The notes under the pieces: model-generated
Told to the model about the DNA's origin: nothing
Seen by the model: only the letters and a program-made list of their open reading frames with translations
Databases searched by the model: none
From: Octopus bimaculoides
Taxonomy: Eukaryota
Assembly: GCF_001194135.2 (NCBI RefSeq)
Contig: NC_068988.1
Coordinates: 38,340,489 to 38,376,372 of the forward strand
DNA length: 35,884 nucleotides
Reading direction: 5' to 3'
Made by a program: the position numbers and the translations under genes
In this document: positions 22,006 through 31,218 of the stretch, in pieces
How positions within the stretch are numbered: the first letter of the stretch is position 1
Layout of the letters: each line of letters starts with the position of its first letter

Positions 22006-22309
22006 CTAGCTGAGTAACTCATCATTGCCAGGTAATTTTTGCAATAGAATGCCTTTACTTCAATTACTTTTTATTCCATGTCAGAGCATGTGTTCTGACG
22101 GACTCCTGGATTATTTTGGGGCAATTTATAATGTCTTCACAAATTATGTTTTTTGTTTTTCCATTTGGTGCATAGGTGTAAAGACTTTTTTCTTCTTACT
22201 CTTGAACATCCACATAAAGCTGACAATGGGTGAAGCAAAGCTCTTCAAGGTGTAAACCAGCGACCGAAAACGTTTGCTGTGGCAACTTGTTGATGGTCAT
22301 GGCAAAACT
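22006..22309 (-). mobile_element. Helitron 3' end with Pif1-type helicase C-terminal remnant
   Basis: Minus strand SFAMTINKLPQQTFSVAGLHLEELCFTHCQLYV, then shifted SRV and APNGKTKNIICEDI (22124-22309). Matches the Helitron helicase motifs FAMTINKSQGQT and HGQLYVA-SRV. Ends in a degenerate hairpin plus CTAG|T at 22006. Confidence 0.85.
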
Positions 22310-22444
22310 ATGACTCACATTCCTTCTCTGTTGGGATATCCCCTGAGCTCACCGGCAATGCTCTGTGAGTGTCTTTTGACTCTGTGGCTTTAATGAAATT
22401 CCTTACATACGTGCATACGTACATACTGAAGCCCATCACACATG

Positions 22445-22533
22445 CACACACACACACACACACACATACACGCTCAGCATGGTTGATATACATGTACAAA
22501 GAAAGATTGAGAGTGTGGCAAATATATATGTAT

Positions 22534-22629
<96 letters not shown>

Positions 22630-22635
22630 AGAGAA
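22445..22635. repeat. Compound (CA)n/(TA)n/(GA)n microsatellite
   Basis: Seen directly. Confidence 0.95.
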
Positions 22636-22656
22636 AGGGTAAGTTTACAATGAGAA

Positions 22657-23312
22657 NNNNNNNNNNNNNNNNNNNNNNNNNNNNNNNNNNNNNNNNNNNN
22701 NNNNNNNNNNNNNNNNNNNNNNNNNNNNNNNNNNNNNNNNNNNNNNNNNNNNNNNNNNNNNNNNNNNNNNNNNNNNNNNNNNNNNNNNNNNNNNNNNNNN
22801 NNNNNNNNNNNNNNNNNNNNNNNNNNNNNNNNNNNNNNNNNNNNNNNNNNNNNNNNNNNNNNNNNNNNNNNNNNNNNNNNNNNNNNNNNNNNNNNNNNNN
22901 NNNNNNNNNNNNNNNNNNNNNNNNNNNNNNNNNNNNNNNNNNNNNNNNNNNNNNNNNNNNNNNNNNNNNNNNNNNNNNNNNNNNNNNNNNNNNNNNNNNN
23001 NNNNNNNNNNNNNNNNNNNNNNNNNNNNNNNNNNNNNNNNNNNNNNNNNNNNNNNNNNNNNNNNNNNNNNNNNNNNNNNNNNNNNNNNNNNNNNNNNNNN
23101 NNNNNNNNNNNNNNNNNNNNNNNNNNNNNNNNNNNNNNNNNNNNNNNNNNNNNNNNNNNNNNNNNNNNNNNNNNNNNNNNNNNNNNNNNNNNNNNNNNNN
23201 NNNNNNNNNNNNNNNNNNNNNNNNNNNNNNNNNNNNNNNNNNNNNNNNNNNNNNNNNNNNNNNNNNNNNNNNNNNNNNNNNNNNNNNNNNNNNNNNNNNN
23301 NNNNNNNNNNNN
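22657..23312. other. Assembly gap
   Basis: Run of N. Confidence 1.
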
Positions 23313-23626
23313 CTTGGCCAAACACCAGTCACATGGAGAGAGAGGAGAGAGGTAGAGGCAGAGGGACAGAAGAAATAAGGAGGGATGAGAAAAAAGGAAA
23401 AGGACAGAGTGAAGTGAAAGAGGAAAGAAGATGAGAAAGCCAGGAAATGTGAGAGAGGGGGAATGAAAGGAAGAAGAGTGGAAAGAACGAAGTAAGTGTG
23501 AAGGAGCTGATAGAAAGAAAGAATATATATATTACTCAAAGAAATTCCAATTTTATCTGATTTTTCATGTTTTATTTACTATCTTATAATAATACAATAT
23601 AATGAAATGATGAAATATTAAATGCC

Positions 23627-23687
23627 CATTCTGTTTGAACTAGTACTTTCATGCATTAAACTATGCAATCTTCAGGTGACAGTTATG
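23627..23687 (-). ncRNA. Candidate minimal type-I hammerhead ribozyme (mirror copy)
   Basis: Minus strand CTGAAGA-T-TGCAT-agttta-ATGCA-T-GAAA-GTAC-TA, with the same stem I. Confidence 0.65.
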
Positions 23688-23717
23688 TTTTACAATTGTA
23701 AATTGTAAATTGTAAAA

Positions 23718-23778
23718 CATAACTGTCACCTGAAGATTGCATAGTGTAATGCACGAAAGTACTAGTTCAAACAGAATG
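23718..23778 (+). ncRNA. Candidate minimal type-I hammerhead ribozyme
   Basis: CTGAAGA (23730-36), stem II TGCAT-agtgta-ATGCA, GAAA (23755-58), palindromic stem III AGTACT, cleavage triplet CUA (cut after 23764). Stem I CATAACTGTCAC pairs with GTTCAAACAGAATG through an internal loop. Confidence 0.7.
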
Positions 23779-25077
23779 GGCATTTAATATTTCATCATTT
23801 TATTATATTGTATTATATTATCATAAGATGGTAAATAAAACGTGAAAATCCGATAAAGTTGGAATTTCTTTGAGTAATATATTCTTCTATACACAATCAT
23901 ACACACCTATATGCATACATATATATATATGTGAAAATTTACGAAAAAAACAACAACGGACGAGGACATGTGGTGTAAACAACAAAAGGATGTATTAGTT
24001 TAACGCTCTTCGACAGAAAGAATACGGAGAAAACAAGAGAAAAACACATACATACACACACACTTGTGTATTTGTGCGTAATTAACTTACAATCATTCAT
24101 GTATGCCTCTTCAGTTTAACAAATAACTTAACGAGTCCGTTAACCAGTGTTAGCCAGTTGAATCAGTCATGTTCAGTATATTTTTGACATGTTTAGTAAA
24201 TCTAAGAAACAAGTACAGAATAAACCCTCAGCTAAAAGAGGAAAAAAAACAAAAAAAACAAATGCTGGGAGATCTTTCAGCCATCCATGTAGCCATGTTG
24301 TAGAATGGTGACTGTTAAAGTAATATTAAGGCTTGTCTTTTAATGAGCAGATCAGTGAACATGAAAATATTTCCACTGCTGTGTTATGTCATGAATTATT
24401 TTCATAGCTTTGAGTAGCAAAGTCATAAACAAATGATAGATTTGCATTAAGGGCTGGCTAGTAACTGTGTTACGATTGATTGGCATAATAGAAAAGCTTT
24501 TGTACTGTTATTGTTGAGCAACTGGTGAGAAACGGCTGCTTATTATATAATGGATGTGGCCAAATCATAATGAATGGAAGACGTGGTTGTTTCTATTTCT
24601 ATCTATTCATATTCTTATTCTTATACAGTTTTCTTAAGTGGTTATTTCTGTAATTTGTTGAAGATGGCCGTTTTAATCAATATTTTTTAATTAATCGCAA
24701 TACAACAGCTTCTGTTTATACCAGCCAATCACAACATAATAACAATCGACTGATCCAACTTATCATTTACAGCCATTCATTTTCTCAGCTTGTAAAAGTG
24801 ATTGTTGATCTAATACCCACCACCTGTCAGTGAATCTGTTTGTATATTCAGTCACTCTTTTATACACTAACCTTAACATTTCTTTAACACATTCCCTCTG
24901 AAGATGGCCACATGCATGACCGAAATTGTTAGTAAATCTCAAAGCAAACAGGAGAAAAATTCAAGAAATTAAGAATTATTCCTCAAAATGAATTTATATG
25001 TCTAGGAAAAAGAGAGTCTTGGTTTTGTTTATTTGTGTTTGTTTAATGTTGATGTAGAATGGATTATAAGAAGTCAC

Positions 25078-25390
25078 AAAGCTTAGTGACTTAGGGGCTA
25101 GGGCTCATAATTGTAAGGTCATGAGTTCAATTCCTGGGAGAAAGTTGTGTCCTTGAGCAAGGCACTTTATTTCACATTGCTCTAGTTTGCTCAGCTGGCA
25201 AAAATGAGTTGTACCTGTAATTCAAAAGGCCAGCCTTGTCACACTCTGTGTCATGCCGAATCTGCTTGAGAACTATGTTCAATGTATGTGTGTCTGTGGA
25301 GTGCTCAGCCACTTACAAATTAATTTCATTAGCAGTCTGTTCAGTTGATCATATCAGCTGGAGTACTTGTTGCCATAACTGATGGAGATT
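25078..25390 (+). mobile_element. tRNA-headed SINE (family D-like, V-domain-like core)
   Basis: GAGTTCAATTCC B-box; TGTGTCCTTGAGCAAGGCACTT core. Confidence 0.75.
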
Positions 25391-25590
25391 CAGGCCAGAA
25401 TAGATTATGTTATTAATCTATTTATGTGTTAATCTCCACCCAAGGACATATTTCTCCAAGAAGTTTCAAAAAACATAGAAACTTTATAATCCTTTGCAGA
25501 GCTGTCAAATATCATGTTACATTAAGCCGAGCCATCTTTGCTACATCTCCACTGAGGATTGAAGTTTCCAATTGGATTAACATTCATCTA

Positions 25591-25740
25591 AATATTGATT
25601 TCAAATTTTGGCACAAGGCCATTAAGTCCTGGAATGATGGATAAATTAATTACATCGATCTCAGTGTTCAGTTGGGGTTTATTTTATCAACTCGCAAAAG
25701 GATGAAAGACAAACTCAACCTCGGAAAATTCATTTAAGTA
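25591..25740 (-). mobile_element. SINE family C, diverged
   Basis: ATTGATTTCAAATTTTGGCACAAGGCC..AAAAGGATGAAAGACAAA. Confidence 0.78.
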
Positions 25741-25903
25741 TTGACCAGAAATTATAACAATTTGTGAACTGACTAACAATTCTCTTAAATTCAGTGTGGA
25801 GTTGTAAAGGCTTGGCTCTTGGCATGTCTTGGATGTTAACTCTGCTGTTGGAATCCATCCTTTAAAGTGCCCCATATGTCTATGAGGTAGAGGTTGCTTA
25901 TTT

Positions 25904-26124
25904 TAATATTGATTTCAAATTTTGGTACAAGGCCAGCAAGTTCAAGGGAGGGGCTAAGTTGATTACATCAACCCCAGTGCTCAACTGGTACTTATTTTAT
26001 CGACCCCCAAAAGGATGAAAGGCAAAGTCAGCCTTGGTGGAATTTGAACTCAGAAAATAAGGATGGACGAGATTGGTGTTAAACATTTTGCGTGGCATGC
26101 TAACAATTCAGCCAGCTTGCTGTC
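25904..26124 (-). mobile_element. SINE family C, near full length
   Basis: ATTGATTTCAAATTTTGG..CGACCCCCAAAAGGATGAAAGGCAAAGTC..GAATTTGAACTCAGAA..GCCAGCTTGC. Confidence 0.88.
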
Positions 26125-26253
26125 TTATTTGTTCATTTTAATATTGAAACATGTTTATATGATGGTTTAACTATGAGACATTCTGGATATGAATGGATGA
26201 ATACACACACACATACCCACTTATACATATACACACACACATACATGTACATA

Positions 26254-26415
26254 GGTGCAGGCATGGCTGTGTGGTTAAGAAGTTTGCTTCCCAACCACAT
26301 AGTTTTGGATTCTGTCCCACAGTGTTAGCACCTTGGGTAAATATATTCCATTATTGTCTTGGGCTAACCAGAGGCTTGTGTGTGGATTGCTAGAAATGGA
26401 AAGAAGCTCGTTGTA
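26254..26415 (+). mobile_element. SINE family B, 5' half
   Basis: GGTGCAGGCATGGCTGTGTGGTTAAGAAGTTTGCTTCCCAACCAC. Confidence 0.85.
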
Positions 26416-26592
26416 TATATGTATATGTATGCATGTGTATATACATAGATAAGTTAAAAAAACATATAATAAATGCACATCCATAAATGCATACATACAT
26501 GTGTGTGTATGCATCTGTATCATTAGTAGATTATATATCTAAAAAATAAGCACAATCTAAACGTTCATGTATGTACGTGTGTATATATATAT

Positions 26593-26890
26593 CATCATCG
26601 TCGTTTAACGTCCGCTTTCCATGCTAGCATGGGTTGGACAATTTGACTGAGGACTGGTGAAACCAGATGGCTACACCAGGCTCCAATCTGATTTGGCAGA
26701 GTTTCTATGGCTGGATGCCCTTCCTAATGCCAACCACTCAGAGAGTGTAGTGGGTGCTTTTACATGTCACCCGCACAAAGGCCAGTCAGGTGGTACTGGC
26801 AACGGCTACGCTCAAGATGGTGTATTTTATGTGCCACCTGCACAAGAGCTAGTCAAGGGGCACTGGCAACAATCTTGCTCGAAAATCCTA
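26593..26890 (-). mobile_element. Family A retroposon inside (TA)n
   Basis: Shared 3' end plus two modules; (TA)n on both flanks. Confidence 0.92.
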
Positions 26891-26892
26891 TG

Positions 26893-26929
<37 letters not shown>

Positions 26930-27113
26930 CATATAGGGTACTTAAGTTTAGGCACCAGAATTTAGTATGGTATTATCCATACAGTTTCAAATTAAGGTGA
27001 TTAAAATCAAAATAAGTTACAAGGTTATCCAGAATTAATGCAGTACAATTGTTTCATTTGACTCCATTTAATTGAACAATGTAAACATTACATCAAATAT
27101 AAAATGTAGAGCA

Positions 27114-27175
27114 ATCTTCAGCTGTACAAAGACATAGAAATTTAGAAATTTTTATGTCTTTGTGCAGCTGAAGAT
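27114..27175. repeat. 62-nt hairpin, 30-bp arms fully paired with two G-U pairs
   Basis: ATCTTCAGCTGTACAAAGACATAGAAATTT-ag-AAATTTTTATGTCTTTGTGCAGCTGAAGAT. Confidence 0.9.
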
Positions 27176-27186
27176 ATATATTAAAA

Positions 27187-27222
27187 ACTTGTTTACAGCT
27201 GTGATTGCAGCTGTAAACAAGT
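27187..27222. repeat. Perfect 15-bp stem hairpin
   Basis: ACTTGTTTACAGCTG-tgattg-CAGCTGTAAACAAGT. Confidence 0.9.
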
Positions 27223-27224
27223 GT

Positions 27225-27435
27225 CACTAGCATACAATCAATGTCATACATTTTCAATCTCCTGTGAAAACATGTCCAGTCAAGGGCAAATATTATCTAT
27301 ATTACCTTACCTGGAAACAAGTGGTGGTTAGTGCCAAGAAGAGCATCTGGCTATCGAAAATATACCTCAATGAATTCCTTCAAACCAATGCTACCATGGG
27401 AAAGTAGAAATGAAAACTATTATGATTATGATGGT
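27225..27435 (+). mobile_element. Old SINE-like element with RTE-type tail
   Basis: Similar to 5975-6192 (ACCTTAC.T.GAAACAAG, AGCATC, ATGCT.CCATGG, GATTATGATG tail). Confidence 0.6.
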
Positions 27436-28221
27436 GTTGTATGGTGGGAGTTGACAGAGATTTGGTTGCTATTTCTAACAAATTAAATGACCATGTAAGA
27501 AGCCATCATGATAAATCCTTGCATTTCTAATGCTTTATCATGCATCCCTATGTATTCTGAAGGTCGATAAGTATATATACACTTAAGTAGTGTACACCTT
27601 TCTATTCTACATACACAAGTTTTTCTTCTTACAAAGCAGCATGGCGCAAATATCTAGTCAAGGTTGTAGAAAACATTTCCAACAGGATCCATACCAAGAC
27701 AGATCAATTAACAAGAGAGGGTGCTAAGCCAAAGAGAACCAAATATTTTCAAGGAAAGTCTTGATGAATATTGGAAGAACATTAAATGTGAAACTTTCTT
27801 CTAATAGGCAGAACTAATGCATTGGAAAGAAAATAAATATGTTAGCATATGCAGTTTCTGCCTTTTAGCTTTAAAAAGCTGTAAAGTGTTATGAAGTATC
27901 CAACTCTTTATGTTTCTGCTTGTTATTTCATGTAGCTGTAAATATCTGAAATATGGAGTGTTGGAGAATTATTGATTGATTTTTATTAAGATGTTATCAC
28001 AGTTGGTAAACAATAGCATCATTGATTGCAAGTTTCTAACAAGCCAATCACTGGTGCACTGTATTCCTTAAGGTAAAAAGCAACAAGGGAGTATCTGTAT
28101 CTCAGTGCAAAAATAATATCACAAGGGACTTCATGCAGAAAGAAAACTAGCGTTTTCTTTTCATTTTTCCATCAATGTTTCTATCCTTTACCAATATATA
28201 TCAATGAAACACACACACACA

Positions 28222-28400
28222 TTCTTTCACTTGTTTCAGTCATTTGACTCCGGCCATGCTGGAGCATTGCCTTGAAGGGTTTTAGTCAAGCAAATTGACC
28301 CCAAGGCTTTTTTTTTCAACTAATGTAAACATCCCAAAAACTATTTGTCAAGCGGCAATGGGGGAACAAGAACAGGCACAAAAACGCACATACACAAACA
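28222..28400 (-). mobile_element. SINE family B, 3' half
   Basis: CTTGTTTCAGTCATTTGACT..GGCCATGCTGGAGC. Confidence 0.8.
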
Positions 28401-28433
28401 CATATATACGACAAGTGCAGTCATGCCTGCACT

Positions 28434-28555
28434 TATATCATCATCATTTAATGTCTGTTGTCTATGCTGGATTGGGTTGAAGAGTATGACCAGAGGTGAC
28501 AAACCAGGGGGTTTCAATCTGATTTGGCATGGTTTCTATGGCTGGATGCCCTTTC
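28434..28555 (-). mobile_element. Old family A 3' fragment
   Basis: ATCATCATCATTTAATGTC..AATCTGATTTGGCATGGTTTCTATGGCTGGATGCCC. Confidence 0.75.
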
Positions 28556-28625
28556 TATGTATGTACATGTATATATTCTAAATATATAAGTATATGCAAA
28601 TATGCATACACACACATGTATATGG

Positions 28626-28987
28626 TACGCTGGGTCAATAGTTTTTCATATTTCAAGTTTTAATTAACAATTCAAACAAATTATATATTTGTCAGAATAC
28701 ATCCCATCATATTCATTGTTGTACCAAAATCTCAATTCCACTTTTATACCATTTGGTTGGTTTAGAGGCAAAAAACTCCCTACACCAGTTTTCAGCCTCA
28801 TCCACATTGTTGAACCTCCCTCCATACAGGAAAGGTAGTAATCTGATGGTGCAATGCCTGGACTGTTGGCAGAGTGAGGCAGCACCTCCAGTCCTTCAAG
28901 TTCCCCAAGCTTGCCCTTGGGCACACCGTTAGTGTGGGTGCTGGAACATTGTCATGCTGTACAAGTGCATATCTTCAACTGGCCAAT
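28626..28987 (-). pseudogene. mariner transposase C-terminal half (frameshifted)
   Basis: QHDNVPAP (from HDNARPH), LEVLPHSANSPGIAPSDYYL (from YSPDLAPSDY), RFNNVDEAENWCREFFASKPTKWYKSGI. Confidence 0.85.
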
Positions 28988-29010
28988 GTCAGATAGCAGG
29001 GTCTCATATA

Positions 29011-29170
29011 CATATACACGACGGGCTACTTTCATTTTCTGTCTACCAAATGCACTCACAAGGCTTTGGAGGTTACAGTAGAAGACACTTGCTCAAAGTG
29101 CCATGCAGTGGGACTGAACCCGGAACCATGTGGTTGGTAAGCAAGCTACTTACCACACAGCCACTCCTGC

Positions 29171-29172
<2 letters not shown>
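29011..29172 (-). mobile_element. SINE family B, 5' half
   Basis: ACGACGGGCT..CACTCACAAGGC..GGGACTGAACCCGGAACCATGTGG..CACAGCCAC. Confidence 0.88.
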
Positions 29173-29202
<30 letters not shown>

Positions 29203-29365
29203 GTATATGTGTGCCTCTGTGTGATTGTGTTTGTGTGTGTGCATGTATGTACATACATATGGATGTGCATGTATATACATACATATACATATTTATATAT
29301 GCATACATACATATATATATATATGTATGTGTGTGTGTGTGTNNNNNNNNNNATATATATATATA

Positions 29366-29412
<47 letters not shown>

Positions 29413-29628
29413 TCTAACCTCTATCCTGTCTAATTTCATTGTGCATTTACAACAATACCACAATGCTCTTTATATGTGTTCTAATACAACAAGTTGTCTG
29501 AAATAACTGTCGTATTTTCTGTGAATGTTGCTTTAGATAAACTGGTGTCAAATCCAAGGGTGGGCAGAATTTATCTCCCATTTGTTGCACTCTTTAAAAC
29601 CAGAGCTAAACACCAGTTCCTCTCACAG

Positions 29629-29850
29629 TTAAATCCTTAGTATTCAGATTATTTTCTCAAATGATATTTATTCATATTATTTTGAATTACTCAGGCATTA
29701 CCTCGTACCTTTAAGATTTCAATGGTGTGATTGTATATTTTTAGAATGACATTGTAGGATAGGTATGCAATACCAGATCTGTCCATCTTGACTATAAAAC
29801 AGGTAGAATATTTAGGCTAGATATGGCTAGTTTAAATGCTAAAGGGCTAA
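29629..29850 (+). mobile_element. piggyBac-like (TTAA) MITE, degenerate
   Basis: Ends TTAAATCCTTAGTATT and AATGCTAAAGGGCTAA are imperfect inverses of a TTAA-CCCTTTAGCATT consensus; second partial copy at 7761. Confidence 0.6.
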
Positions 29851-30235
29851 GAAACGTTTATACTTATTTATTTGTTCATTTAGTTATTCTTCTTCCATCA
29901 TGTCTGTTCTCGAGAATTTCATGCAACAAATCTGCAAATTGATCAATCAATGAATCAATTACACAATCACCAATTGAACTCAAACTAAATTAGATAAAGT
30001 TAAGTGCTATGTTGACGAGAAAGAGCTGCAACATTAGTGAGAGAAGATATACAAATAATCAATTGACAGGAAACGCTGCCATCTTCAAGCTAGGAGATAT
30101 TAATGTTATGCATAATGCATAAATTGTTGTTTAGCCCCAGGATAACTGAATAGATCTATGTTCAAAGGTATTCCAACTGTGACCATCACTCTGTTTTTAA
30201 TTTATGTTTTATGAGTCCCACTCTTTCCCAAGATG

Positions 30236-30470
30236 TGGAAGCATGTGGTTTAGTGGTTAAGGCGTTGGACTCATGATTGTAAGATTGTGGTTTCGATTCC
30301 TGGATGCATTGTGTTCTTGAGTAAAACACTTCATTTCACGTTACTCCAGTCCATTCAGTAGGCAAAAATGGAGTAATCCTGCGATGGACCAGTGTCCCAT
30401 CCAAGTAGAGAATATATATATGTCATGAAACTGGGAAGCTGGCCCTTATGAATAGGAATGATTCAAGAAG
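30236..30470 (+). mobile_element. SINE family D nested in a family E repeat
   Basis: GTGGTTTAGTGGTTAAGGCGTTGGACTC head, GGTTTCGATTCC B-box, TGTGTTCTTGAGTAAAACACTT core. Confidence 0.8.
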
Positions 30471-30645
30471 GTAATTTTACTTTCTTTTTTTAATCTACCT
30501 TAGATGACATTGTTCAATATATTCTTTTTTTCTTAGATGGAAAGAGGAGGATGATTTAAGGGTGTTTTTAACTGCTATTTCTAACAAACTGAATAACCAC
30601 ATAGAAGCTCCTTCATTGGCTTGTTGTAGTGGTAATATAGTGTTA

Positions 30646-30853
30646 TAATAATCCTTTCCACTATAGACACAAGGTCTGTAATTTTGGGGGGTTGTGGTGG
30701 TGGAGATAATTGATTACATCAGCTCCTGTGCTCAACTGGGTACTTAATTTGTTGACCCCCCAAATGGATGAAAGGCAAAATCAACCTTAACAAAATTTGA
30801 ACTCCGAACATAAAACGGACAAAATGCCGCTAAGCATTCTGCCACCTGCCGCC
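30646..30853 (-). mobile_element. SINE family C
   Basis: ATAATAATCCTTTCCACTATAG..GGATGAAAGGCAAAATCAACC..GCCGCTAAGCATT. Confidence 0.85.
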
Positions 30854-31074
30854 TTAATATAATGTCGTAATAGCAAGATTATTTTATACCATGCTCAGAT
30901 GCAATACAACTTGTTGGAAAAAGTTAAAAGAAGGGAACAGAAAACAGCTACAAGAGAGGAAAGAAAGACAGCAATGGAAGCTAGAACATGTACAGTACAT
31001 AGAATAAAACACTCAGAACAGAAAAGTGAACTGGAAAAGAACCATTAAGAGGAAATGGTACAGAGGATGGTATC

Positions 31075-31218
31075 TGGAGTACTTTTTGTGAACTTTGGGA
31101 AACATGAAACTTTTGAAGAATGCAGTATTCAGACATTTAACAGCTGGTATGGGTAGTTTATTCCTTGCTTCAACAATCCTGGGGATGGAAAAGTGCTTCT
31201 GAAAGTCATGCGTACTGT
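31075..31218 (-). pseudogene. CR1/L2-type LINE ORF2 C-terminal remnant
   Basis: HDFQKHFSIPRIVEARNKLPIPAVKCLNTAFFK resembles the CR1-clade motif FFS-RVV--WN-LP--VV------FK. Confidence 0.65.

Larger units (their letters stand above)
23527..23882. repeat. Long near-perfect palindrome (arms ~170 bp), probably inverted Penelope-like pseudo-LTRs
   Basis: 23531-23696 is the reverse complement of 23709-23878 with a few substitutions and two small indels; 12-nt spacer. Confidence 0.95.

Noticed and set aside
22625-22645. Strong donor-like AAGG|GTAAGT
   Set aside because: Preceded only by (GA)n microsatellite; no plausible exon.
23930-24030. Minus-strand CTGTCGA-AGAGCGT resembling half a hammerhead core next to the palindrome
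   Set aside because: Non-canonical core and no GAAA half or stems visible; possibly a deleted PLE-type repeat, but not supportable from this window.
27630-27770. Short open frame AAWRKYLVKVVENISNRIHTK after a pyrimidine tract
   Set aside because: No recognisable homology and no convincing donor site.
29313-29410. Duplicated (TA)n(TG)n around a 10-N gap
   Set aside because: Same scaffolding artefact.
30060-30092. Minus-strand TTGAAGA-T-GGCAG-cgtttc-CTGTC hairpin resembling a hammerhead
   Set aside because: C3 is changed and GAAA is absent.
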